Source: an uncultured Gammaproteobacteria bacterium
Lineage (GTDB): Bacteria; Patescibacteriota; Microgenomatia; CAZETR01; Amesbacteraceae
Reading direction: 5' to 3'
Length of the DNA stretch: 62,856 bases
NCBI GenBank assembly: GCA_964356225.1
Contig: CAYHGA010000004.1
Coordinates: forward strand, 1-62,856
Below, piece after piece: positions 19,325 through 27,269 of the stretch; position 1 is the first letter of the stretch; the number at the start of each line of letters is the position of its first letter. The notes below the pieces were generated by a model. The model was given only the letters and a program-made list of their open reading frames with translations. It was not told where the DNA came from and ran no database searches. The position numbers and the translations under genes were made by a program.

Positions 19325-20035
19325 TTATACTAGACTCTCCAAATGACTTGGATTTTGTTTATCCAACAGCTTTCTTTTTATAAGTTTGGCCTTTATTTTT
19401 TCAATTCTACTCTTTGCGATCACTCCTGAAAAGATCATTCCTGCAATAGGGGCTAGCGCGTCGGCTATTTGAACATCGGGGTCTAAATTAGTTTTTTTGA
19501 CAAAACTGATAGAAGTAACACTATTTCTGTAATTTTGATTCTGCGACTGTAGACCGGCGTGGGCTTCCATAAGGAAAAGATCTTGAGACGGGTCGGATTC
19601 GGCAACAATTTTTCCTTTTGATTGGTCCTTCGTCAAATTGGTTAAGAAAAGTTCTGCGAGTCTAAAATACGATTTTTTAAGAATTGTTTTAGGCAGCCAC
19701 CCTTGTTTCTTGGCCTTTTGCTTATCAGCAATAACAAAAATCAATGAGATTTCAGTGTTGTTTAAAATGCTTATAAATTCAGACCAAAATAGAGTTTCCT
19801 TTTTGGGATCACGTAATAACGAAAACTGTCCCTTTTTCCTGAACATGTCCCTACTGTGAAATACTATATCTTCGTCTTTAAAAAACTTCATTTTTAGTTT
19901 TCTAATCTTTATATCAAGCTTAGGTTTAAACTTTTCAGTGATTAAGACAGCCGAAAGGACAAACAGTTTTGAAGCATGATCAAAAGAAGCTTTTCCACTT
20001 TCGTCAATTGAAAGAACCTTATATTTATTTAGCAT
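19325..20035 (-). CDS. DUF3800 domain protein (RNase H-like fold)
   Basis: IDESG, FVLSAV, VFHSRD and VQIADALA motifs. Confidence 0.8.
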   Translation of the reverse strand: MLNKYKVLSIDESGKASFDHASKLFVLSAVLITEKFKPKLDIKIRKLKMKFFKDEDIVFHSRDMFRKKGQFSLLRDPKKETLFWSEFISILNNTEISLIFVIADKQKAKKQGWLPKTILKKSYFRLAELFLTNLTKDQSKGKIVAESDPSQDLFLMEAHAGLQSQNQNYRNSVTSISFVKKTNLDPDVQIADALAPIAGMIFSGVIAKSRIEKIKAKLIKRKLLDKQNPSHLESLV

Positions 20036-20036
20036 A

Positions 20037-20093
20037 TTAAAGTTTCTGGGGCAAAAAATCCCGAAAGCCCTTGAGAGTCTGAATTTTATTCAT
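20037..20093 (-). pseudogene. Duplicated hisS 5' fragment (MNKIQTLKGFRDFLPQKL*)
   Basis: 18-codon ORF matching the hisS N-terminus MSNTIQTLKGFRDFLPQT; its ATG overlaps the HAD stop codon (ATGA). Confidence 0.85.
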
Positions 20094-20461
20094 ATGATAT
20101 TTAATAAATCACGAATATTAATAAAGTTAATTCCAGCATCCTTAGCCATTCTAGCATCATTTACTGTATCCCCGATATAAACAATTATTTCTTTACAGTT
20201 TAAAATTCTGAACAATCTTGGATCAGGTTTCCTCAACCGGGTGTCATCTTTAGTCACAACCATATCTACGGGAAATAATTTTATTACCCCAATCTTTTTG
20301 AGTATATTTAACGTTTCTGTTCGTTTAGCTCCGGTAATAATTGCAAAACAATAAACTTTAGATAATTTTAAAAGTATTTTTTTAGACAATAATAGTCTAG
20401 CCGGTCTCATGCTAGCTAAAGTTCCGGATAGATCAAAAACTATGTATTTATTATTTTTCAT
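20090..20461 (-). CDS. Small HAD-family hydrolase (motif I DLSGT, no cap domain)
   Basis: IVFDLSGT, IITG, KPDP and YIGDTVND motifs. Confidence 0.75.
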   Translation of the reverse strand: MKNNKYIVFDLSGTLASMRPARLLLSKKILLKLSKVYCFAIITGAKRTETLNILKKIGVIKLFPVDMVVTKDDTRLRKPDPRLFRILNCKEIIVYIGDTVNDARMAKDAGINFINIRDLLNII

Positions 20462-21677
20462 ACAGCAATAGGAACACAGTTGTAATCTTTATCACTAATA
20501 ATTATCTCCTCAGATAGTGAAGCCATTGTTCCTGCGATTTTACCTCCTACAATCCAGACGTTAAATTTACATTTTGGTGATTTGAGTAATTTTGGTTTGT
20601 TTGACGAAGTGTCAAAAGCCCATATCGAAGGAAGACCCAATCCGCGGAGTTGGCTAAAGCGACTTTTTTTGATGAAAAACTATCACCCTTGAGAAGAAAA
20701 TCTTGCGGGGGAGAACCTCTTGTGAATGGGTAGGTTACGGCAAAAAGGTTTGGTTGTTGTGCATAGGCAGAAACTAATAAAGATTTCTCTTCATATTTCG
20801 GACACCAAGTAGGGAAAACAGACCCCGGTGATCTTTGTCTTAATAAGGTTATTAAATCTGTTATACCAGGATTTATCATTCGCGGATCTCCGTCAACATA
20901 TAGAAGCGGAAAAGTTTTTATGTAATCAGGGCGATATTTTTGTGGATCTAAGAGTTCAACATAATTAAACAATTTTCTTTGAACCAGAACTTTAGCCATA
21001 AATTCCAAAGAAGCTCTCTCCCCAGTTTCCTTTGAGCCTCTGGCCGAGTTTATGAAGATTATCCCAAGTTTGGAATATTTCCCAGTATCAAAAAATTTAG
21101 CTAAAGTTTCAAGCGGTTTGTATGTTCCGCCATTTATTGTATTGAGACTGTCTAGTATTCCAAAGGCGTCGACCCATTGCGTATTTACCTCTATAATTTT
21201 TGGTCCATCTCTTCCTATGACGATATCAACTCGTGCGCCATTTGGTTTTTGAATTTCTGAGGTTGGAATATTTTTTAATACTTCAAAACCATCAAGTGCC
21301 GTCCTCTCAATTTGTTTTAGTTGTTCTCGCTTTAGTTTTAAAGGATCTAATATAAAGTTGACCGCTTTTTCTCCGTATGTACCCCCGGTTTGTTCAAGTT
21401 GCAATTGCATTCTCAGAGATTTTGCAGCCAAGTTGGCTGCTTCTGTTGTCGTTGCTCCAAACTTTTTAAACAGCTGCGATCTTCTTTGAAATTCATTTTT
21501 TGTATCAGATCTTATTTCTCTCACCAATGATGTTGATCTTGCTAATCCTCTTTGAGATTTTTCAAGTTCTGAAGGTTTTTTAATAAAGCTAGTTGCTTCG
21601 CCTAAAGCAGCACGATAAATCATGCCCAATTGTTGAGCACTCGTAGACTGTTCAATTAGTAAGTCTAATTCTTTCAT
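20458..21677 (-). pseudogene. ATP-grasp-like protein with apparent frameshift near 20640
   Basis: 376-aa ORF (RVDIVIGRDGPKIIEVNTQW) whose plausible C-terminus (KCKFNVWIVGGKIAG...ISD) continues in another frame, 20640..20458, coupled to the HAD start. Confidence 0.5.
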
Positions 21678-21679
21678 AG

Positions 21680-21751
21680 GGTGGGTGAGGGGAGTTGAAC
21701 CCCCGTTTTCAGCTCCACAAGCTGACGTGCTGCCGTTGCACTACACCCACC
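21680..21751 (-). tRNA. tRNA-His(GUG), with genomic G-1 and discriminator C73; CCA not encoded
   Basis: Acceptor stem GTGGGTG/CACCCAC, D stem GTGC/GCAC, anticodon arm TCAGC-TTGTGGA-GCTGA, T loop TTCAACT. Confidence 0.95.
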
Positions 21752-21761
21752 ATGGGTAAAC

Positions 21762-21814
21762 AAAAAACCTCCCGTTCATTAGCCACGAAATGATCATGAC
21801 TAAGGAACGAGAGG
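21762..21814 (-). terminator. Intrinsic terminator of the T-box leader
   Basis: CCUCUCGUUC-CUUAGUCAUG...CGUGGCUAA-UGAACGGGAGG followed by UUUUUUGUUU, about 10 nt upstream of tRNA-His. Confidence 0.85.
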
Positions 21815-21996
21815 CGACTAAAAAAGGACCTCCCGCGGTCCCATCCTTTATTTCCCGATAAATTACTTATCGGGACTCTTTGGCTGGCTCGACCTTGCGG
21901 TGATTTCAGCTGGCTGATTTTTACAGTTTGCCTTCTGTACAGTATTTGGCTGTCTCCTCTCCAGGCGTGACTTGGATACAAACGGATTTATGAATT
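21762..21996 (-). ncRNA. T-box riboswitch (His-specific) upstream of tRNA-His and hisS
   Basis: AAGGA-UGGGACC-GCGGGAGG pairs with CCUCUCGU-UCCUU (antiterminator, overlapping the terminator); stem III UCCCGAUAA/UUAUCGGGA directly upstream; CAC triplets at 21967..21969 and 21900..21902. Confidence 0.85.
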
Positions 21997-22002
21997 GCTT
22001 AT

Positions 22003-22031
22003 ATGGTAACTTATAGTCTTATGTTTGTCAA
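22003..22031 (-). promoter_or_regulatory. sigma70 promoter for the T-box/tRNA-His transcript
   Basis: TTGACA (22031..22026)-N17-TACCAT (22008..22003). Confidence 0.7.
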
Positions 22032-22309
22032 ATTTCAAAGCGGGTGACGAGATTTGCGTTCAGCGCTAGAGCTATTTTGCGAAGCAAGGAGAGGGAAGGC
22101 CTGGAGCTGGCCCATTCCAGGCGGGAAATACTGGCTTGATTAGTTTTGGCTTTTTTGGCCAGTTGGGCTTGGGTTAACCCACTTTTGACACGGGCTGCAA
22201 TGAGGCTGTTGGCTAGTTGATATTCTGGTTCCAAACGTTTTATCTCCTTGGCTGTCTCAGGATCAGCAAGAAGCTCTTTTCTGAAATTTTTCCAAGTTAT
22301 ATTTTTCAT
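22028..22309 (-). CDS. XRE-family HTH protein (HigA-like antitoxin)
   Basis: LIAARVKSGLTQAQLAKKAKTNQASISRLE...PSLSLLRKIA.AL. Confidence 0.88.
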   Translation of the reverse strand: MKNITWKNFRKELLADPETAKEIKRLEPEYQLANSLIAARVKSGLTQAQLAKKAKTNQASISRLEWASSRPSLSLLRKIALALNANLVTRFEI

Positions 22310-22344
22310 ATGTCAAATATGACATAATAAACCATTTTTGTCAA

Positions 22345-22455
22345 CTAACTAATTCTGTTTAGAGCGATCTTAATTTCTTTTTTTTGTAAATCACGAATAA
22401 AATCAACAACTGGAGATTTACCAGAAGAAAGAGTATAAAACTCGGTTTGCCACAT
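22345..22455 (-). pseudogene. RelE/HigB (Gp49-like) toxin with internal deletion
   Basis: 36-aa ORF absent from the track: MWQTEFYTLSSGKSPVVDFIRDLQ-KKEIKIALNRIS*, i.e. typical N- and C-termini with the core missing. Confidence 0.7.
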
Positions 22456-22479
22456 TGAATTTAGTGTAACAGATTGCCG

Positions 22480-23058
22480 TCAAGGGGTGGGGGAGGATTG
22501 GGGAGAGGAGAGGGGAACGACAAGTTTAGCGGTGAGATTGTTGGCAGAAGGGGACGTGCCGACGACGGCGACAAGGTTACCGACTTTAAGATCTTTGACT
22601 TTAGAGTATTTGACGGTCCAGGTTTCCTTTTTAGAATTTTCCAGAGTAAAGGAGGTGGTGGTGGTATCGGTGACGCGGCCGGAGATGACGAGTCTTTTAT
22701 CCGGAGCGGGTTTGGCAATTACCAGGAGGCGTTTGACGGCCAATGTGCCCTGACTATCCATATCGCCCATGGCAATGACAAAATTGCCCACTTTCAGATC
22801 AGCAAAAGTGCCTTCTTTGCCTGCGATAAGTTTGATAGTAGCGTCGCCGGCGACTACGGCAGTCCGGGTCTGATTGCTAAGATTGGTAATAGTAATAGAC
22901 GCTTCGGATTTGGCGGAAATGGGACCGACGTAGGCTTTTCTGGCGACAGCAGTTTTGATGGCGGCGACCTGGTCTTTGACGGCTTGACGGATAGCGCTAT
23001 CGGTAGCCGTGGGCGTTTGAGCCAAAAGTGTGGCCGTAAGAAGAAGTGTGAGTATCAT
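22480..23058 (-). CDS. Secreted hypothetical protein (repeated small beta domains)
   Basis: Signal peptide; two repeats ending DLKVGN.V...G. Confidence 0.7.
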   Translation of the reverse strand: MILTLLLTATLLAQTPTATDSAIRQAVKDQVAAIKTAVARKAYVGPISAKSEASITITNLSNQTRTAVVAGDATIKLIAGKEGTFADLKVGNFVIAMGDMDSQGTLAVKRLLVIAKPAPDKRLVISGRVTDTTTTSFTLENSKKETWTVKYSKVKDLKVGNLVAVVGTSPSANNLTAKLVVPLSSPQSSPTP

Positions 23059-23483
23059 ATTTTGGCGGTGGAATAAGTAATAGTTAAAGACTTGGAAGAT
23101 TCTTGGCCATCGGCGGAATATGAGTAGACGGTGATGGAATTAAAACCGGTGATAAGATCTACGTCGAAAGAAAAATTGCCGGAGGCGTCGGCTACGGCTG
23201 TCTGTTCACCGTTTTCGGAGATAATTAATAGTTTGGCAGTTGGAGTAGTGGAGCCGGATATAGTGATGCTGTCGGAGGTAACCAGGGCTTCGTCGTCGGG
23301 GGTATTAATGGTTAGTTGGTTATTAGTTAGAAGGTTCGTTGGTGTGGGCGAAGGAAGAACGGTGGCTTTGGGAGAGGGTTGAGGGAGATTTTTGAGACTT
23401 TGGTTAGCGGTCCAGATACCGAAAGTAATGATTAGGCCGAGGGCAAACCCGATAGAGATGGCGAGGACAACTTCTTTCTTCAT
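23055..23483 (-). CDS. Membrane-anchored protein with Ig-like domain
   Basis: N-terminal TM helix; LTINTP.D...ITISGSTTP...GNFSFDVDL..GFNSITV. Confidence 0.75.
   Translation of the reverse strand: MKKEVVLAISIGFALGLIITFGIWTANQSLKNLPQPSPKATVLPSPTPTNLLTNNQLTINTPDDEALVTSDSITISGSTTPTAKLLIISENGEQTAVADASGNFSFDVDLITGFNSITVYSYSADGQESSKSLTITYSTAKI
23310..23330 (+). repeat. Heptamer tandem repeat inside CDS
   Basis: ggttagt tggttat tagttag; encodes LLTNNQLT. Confidence 0.55.
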
Positions 23484-23529
23484 GTCTCGGGTGGAGAATA
23501 TCTTAGAAGTATGGTATTGTCAAGTCGCT

Positions 23530-23907
23530 GTGGATATTACCTTTAATAAAGGTGTGTTTAAAATAAAAGGCAAAACAGGAGTGGTGGCGGTGGGGGAGAA
23601 GATTGTAATTAACGACAATTTTACAATTGACGGTCCGGGAGAATACGAAGTGGGGGGAGTTTCGGTGATCGGGCTGGTGGGGGGAGGGTATGTAGTCGAA
23701 ATGGATGGCTTGAGATTGTGTACGGCTGGAAAATCGGCCGAAGCCGGGGCAATTGACATACTGTTACTTTTGGAAGAGGATGCGGAAATGGTGAAACAAA
23801 TAGATCCCTGGGTAGTAGTGGCAACAGGAAAAGAAGGAGTGGCCAAATATTCAATTAGCCGTGATAAACTGCCCACAGAACTTACTACAGTATGGCTGAC
23901 AAGCTGA
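23530..23907 (+). CDS. Minimal MBL-fold-derived protein lacking the metal motif
   Basis: Probable GTG start at 23530; FKIKGK...IDGPGEYEVGGVSVIG matches a Zn-hydrolase-like family, but no HxHxDH. Confidence 0.6.
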   Translation: MDITFNKGVFKIKGKTGVVAVGEKIVINDNFTIDGPGEYEVGGVSVIGLVGGGYVVEMDGLRLCTAGKSAEAGAIDILLLLEEDAEMVKQIDPWVVVATGKEGVAKYSISRDKLPTELTTVWLTS

Positions 23908-25214
23908 GGGTCCCTCCACATTCGATAGAGACGGAAGAATCGGTATTGGGATCGCTCTTAATGGATAGGGATGCGGTGGTGGCGGTAGTGGAATTTTTAC
24001 GGCCGGAGCATTTTTATGAAGAAAAACACGGGCAAATATTTTCGGCCGTTATGGAGCTGTATCAGGAACGGGATCCGGTAGATATCGTGACGGTGGCCGA
24101 AAAACTTAAAAGCGCTAAAACTTTGTCAGAAATTGGGGGGAAGGAATATCTGGCGGAGTTGGTAAATAAAGTGCCGACAGCGGCCCATGCGGAAAGCTAT
24201 GCCCGGGTGGTGCGGGACATGTTTACCAAAAGACAACTGATTTCGGCGGCCCAGAGAATAATGGAAATGGGTTTTGATGAGGGAATAGATACCCGGGAGA
24301 TGCTGGATACAGCAGAGCAAAAAGTATTTTCGCTGGCCCAGCAACATCTGAAACAGGTGTTTACGCCAGTAAAAGATATATTGGCCGAGTCGTTTGACCG
24401 GCTGGACGAACTGCACAAAACGGCGGGGAGTTTGCGGGGGGCACCCACGGGATTCCAAGATTTGGATGACACGCTGGCGGGGATGCAGGACAGTAACTTG
24501 CTGATTTTGGCAGCCAGGCCTGGAGTTGGTAAAACCGCTTTAGCCCTGAATATAGCCCAAAATATGTCGTTTAAACATAAGCTGCCGGTGGGATTTTTCT
24601 CACTGGAAATGAGCCGGGAGGAACTGATGGACCGGCTGCTGGTGGCCCAGGCGGAAATTGACGCCTGGAAACTGAAAACCGGGCGGCTGGATGAAGGGGA
24701 GTTTACCAAGCTGTCTGACGCTATGGGAGAATTGTATGAAACTCCACTATATATAGACGACACGCCCGGGGCCAGTATTTTGGAAATGCGGACCAAGGCC
24801 AGAAGATTGCAGGCGGAACACGGATTGAGACTGATTATTGTAGATTATTTGCAGTTGGCCAGACCGGTGAGAAATCTGGACAACCGGGTACAGGAAGTGA
24901 GCGAAATTTCCCAGGGGCTGAAGAATCTGGCCCGGGAACTGAAAATACCGGTGCTGGCATTGTCCCAGCTGTCGAGACAAGTGGAGTCCAGGGGGATTAA
25001 GAAGCCGCAGCTGGCGGATTTGCGGGAGTCGGGAGCTATCGAACAAGACGCGGACGTGGTGATGTTTATGTGGCGGGAAAATGATGAAAACCTGGAAGAT
25101 ATGAATTTGGATATTGCCAAGCACAGAAACGGGCCATTAAAAAGCCTGAAGTTGCGCTTTAAAGGCGACCGGCTGAAATTTTATTCGGTAGATACAAAAA
25201 GAAAGGCAGGTTAA
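23892..25214 (+). CDS. dnaB: Replicative DNA helicase
   Basis: PPHSIE.E.SVLG, AARPGVGKT, FSLEM, VDYLQL, LSQLSR, DLRESGAIEQDAD and KHRNGP motifs. Confidence 0.97.
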   Translation: MADKLRVPPHSIETEESVLGSLLMDRDAVVAVVEFLRPEHFYEEKHGQIFSAVMELYQERDPVDIVTVAEKLKSAKTLSEIGGKEYLAELVNKVPTAAHAESYARVVRDMFTKRQLISAAQRIMEMGFDEGIDTREMLDTAEQKVFSLAQQHLKQVFTPVKDILAESFDRLDELHKTAGSLRGAPTGFQDLDDTLAGMQDSNLLILAARPGVGKTALALNIAQNMSFKHKLPVGFFSLEMSREELMDRLLVAQAEIDAWKLKTGRLDEGEFTKLSDAMGELYETPLYIDDTPGASILEMRTKARRLQAEHGLRLIIVDYLQLARPVRNLDNRVQEVSEISQGLKNLARELKIPVLALSQLSRQVESRGIKKPQLADLRESGAIEQDADVVMFMWRENDENLEDMNLDIAKHRNGPLKSLKLRFKGDRLKFYSVDTKRKAG

Positions 25215-25220
25215 CATATG

Positions 25221-25305
25221 TGCCGAAGGACGGATTCGAACCGTCACGAGCTTTAAGGCTCACAGGTTTTTGAGACCTGCGTGTCTGCCGTTCCACCACT
25301 TCGGC
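25221..25305 (-). tRNA. tRNA-Leu(CAA)
   Basis: Acceptor stem GCCGAAG/CTTCGGC, anticodon arm CAGGT-CTCAAAA-ACCTG, long variable arm, T loop TTCGAAT. Confidence 0.95.
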
Positions 25306-25350
25306 TACAGCTTCCAATTTTAAGCGTTTGGCGGTAAAATTGCCATTGTT

Positions 25351-25911
25351 ATGATGGTGGTGCAGGATTTGAGGAACGGGGTGACGTTTTTGCTGGACGG
25401 GGTTCCTTACGTGTGCCTGAAGTATGAACATGTGAAGATGGGGCGGGGATCGGCCACAATTAGGATTAAGGCCAGAAATTTACTGACGGGGGCGACTACC
25501 GAAAAGAGTTTTATCAATTCGGCCAGAGTAGAGGAAATTAGCACGGTGCGCAGATCGATGCAATATTTATATAAAGACGGGAAGAATTTTGTGTTTATGG
25601 ATCCCGGCGATTTCGGACAGGTGGAAGTAGCAGAAGACGTGGCGGCAGAATCCAGGAAATATTTAAAAGAAGGCACAATGGTGAATGTGATGTTTTGGGA
25701 TGAGCGGCCACTATGGATTGAACTGCCGCCCAAAATGGAATTTACGGTCAAAGAAACGGATCCGGGGGTGAAAGGGAATAGTGTGTCTAATTTATATAAA
25801 GACGCGGTTTTGGATAACGGGATAAAAACCCGGGTGCCGCTGTTTATTCAAGAAGGGGATAAAATATTGATTGATAGCAGAGACGGGACTTACGCGGAAA
25901 GAGTGAAGTAG
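25351..25911 (+). CDS. efp: Elongation factor P
   Basis: HVKMGRG loop, QYLYKDG, ETDPGVKG and VPLFI..GD motifs. Confidence 0.95.
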   Translation: MMVVQDLRNGVTFLLDGVPYVCLKYEHVKMGRGSATIRIKARNLLTGATTEKSFINSARVEEISTVRRSMQYLYKDGKNFVFMDPGDFGQVEVAEDVAAESRKYLKEGTMVNVMFWDERPLWIELPPKMEFTVKETDPGVKGNSVSNLYKDAVLDNGIKTRVPLFIQEGDKILIDSRDGTYAERVK

Positions 25912-26345
25912 AGGGCGATTATGCAAACTATTATTTGGGAGAGAAGGCCCCAGAAGGCGGGGACGTTCCATTGGTGGGCGCGCTGGTAGTCGATGAGTTT
26001 TTTGATCCAGGGAATGTCTTTTAGGCCCAGGAAATAATAGGGGATTTCGGCCACATCCGGGGCGACAGCCAGAAAGCAGGCCAGTATGACGACTACAAAA
26101 TGACCACTGCGGGTAGCCAGATAGGTACCAACCATTAAGGCCAGACCGGCGTCGGCCATGACGATAATTTTGGAACGGGTGGAGACTTTACCGGTGGTTT
26201 TGAGCTCGGTATTGAGATGAGGATTCCAGTGAGGAACGTAGTCGGTAATAAAGTGTGAAGCCAGAGCCAGAGGCAGAGAAATACGGGGATCGGGAATGGC
26301 GGTAGCGATGGCTGCGCCGACGAGGACGTGGGGAAATTCAAGCAT
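25890..26345 (-). CDS. Membrane protein (putative metal-binding hydrolase-like)
   Basis: PHVLVG, ASHFITDYVPHWN and APD motifs; hydrophobic. Confidence 0.7.
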   Translation of the reverse strand: MLEFPHVLVGAAIATAIPDPRISLPLALASHFITDYVPHWNPHLNTELKTTGKVSTRSKIIVMADAGLALMVGTYLATRSGHFVVVILACFLAVAPDVAEIPYYFLGLKDIPWIKKLIDYQRAHQWNVPAFWGLLSQIIVCIIALYFTLSA

Positions 26346-26913
26346 GTGTTATGATTTTAGCATGCTGGGAATAGCATTTCTAATTGCCGGCTTTTGGGTG
26401 TGGAGAACAATGCGGGCCGATTATGACGAAGAAGATATTTTGACCCTGTGTCTAGTCTTGGCGGGGGCAGCTTGGGGTTTGAGTTGGGGGATGAAGTGGT
26501 GGGGGTTGGGGGGAATACTGGCGGGAGTGGTATTGACGCTGGTTGGGTGGTGCAAATATAAAAAATGGAACGTTTGGGAGTGGGGTGATGTAGTGGCCAG
26601 AGCCAGTTTGATGGTGGGGGCGGTGGAGACAGTGATGAAGAGACAGTGGCTGGCGGCGGCGATATTGGCGATGGGGGTGGTGGCGGTGTGGGGGCTGGCT
26701 AAAACTTACCGGAGGTTTAGGTGGTATAAAAGCGGGAAAAGTGGATTAGTGGGTCTGGCGGGCTTGGCCTGGTGGATGGGAGCGTGGATGGCTCTTGCGC
26801 CCTGGCAGATATACAAGGTATACTTGGCTGCCTGGGTTTTTGTGGGGTTGGCAGTCGCCATTTATTTACGCTCGGGCCACAAATTTTCTGAGATATGGCC
26901 AAGAAAACGATAA
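26344..26913 (+). CDS. Membrane protein, weakly Lgt-like
   Basis: Multi-pass hydrophobic ORF; GFWVWR...EEDILTL and WEWGD. Confidence 0.6.
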   Translation: MCYDFSMLGIAFLIAGFWVWRTMRADYDEEDILTLCLVLAGAAWGLSWGMKWWGLGGILAGVVLTLVGWCKYKKWNVWEWGDVVARASLMVGAVETVMKRQWLAAAILAMGVVAVWGLAKTYRRFRWYKSGKSGLVGLAGLAWWMGAWMALAPWQIYKVYLAAWVFVGLAVAIYLRSGHKFSEIWPRKR

Positions 26914-27269
26914 GTTATCCTAAAGAGGTGATAGAACCAGTGGCTAAACACCTGGAGGAAAAATTATCGGTATTGGAGAAAAAGAAGAAAGAAGTGCATG
27001 GGGAAGATCCGTTTTTAGATGAGTCCAGGCTAGATGATAACGCGGCAGCGGACTCGGACGCAGCGGAACAGATCGGACATATGCGGGTATCGGCGGTAAA
27101 GAAAACTTACGAGCGGACGATTATCCAGATTAGGAAAGCTTTGTCGAGAATAAAAATCGGCAAGTATGGAATATGCGAAAGATGCGGCAAGTTTATCGAT
27201 ACCGACAGGTTGATAGTTTTACCGGAAACGACGTTGTGCGTGGAGTGCGAGAAGAAGCGTGAGAAGTGA
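26895..27269 (+). CDS. DksA/TraR C4 zinc-finger protein
   Basis: AL.RIKIGKYGICERCGK.I...RL...P...LCVECE. Confidence 0.88.
   Translation: MAKKTISYPKEVIEPVAKHLEEKLSVLEKKKKEVHGEDPFLDESRLDDNAAADSDAAEQIGHMRVSAVKKTYERTIIQIRKALSRIKIGKYGICERCGKFIDTDRLIVLPETTLCVECEKKREK

Noticed and set aside
21825-21840. GGACC-GCGGGA-GGUCC-UUUUUU as a separate terminator
   Set aside because: It overlaps the T-box bulge and lies within the antiterminator; at most an alternative fold, so not called independently.
21860-21970. Resemblance of the leader to glycine riboswitch (CUGGAGAG...GAAGG) or SRP RNA (GNRA hairpin, AGCCAGCC)
   Set aside because: Key consensus elements are missing, and the T-box antiterminator/terminator geometry plus the His specifier and C73 match explain the region better.
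25221-25305. tRNA-Leu as an integration site
   Set aside because: Flanked by core genes dnaB and efp; no duplicated 3' end seen in the window.
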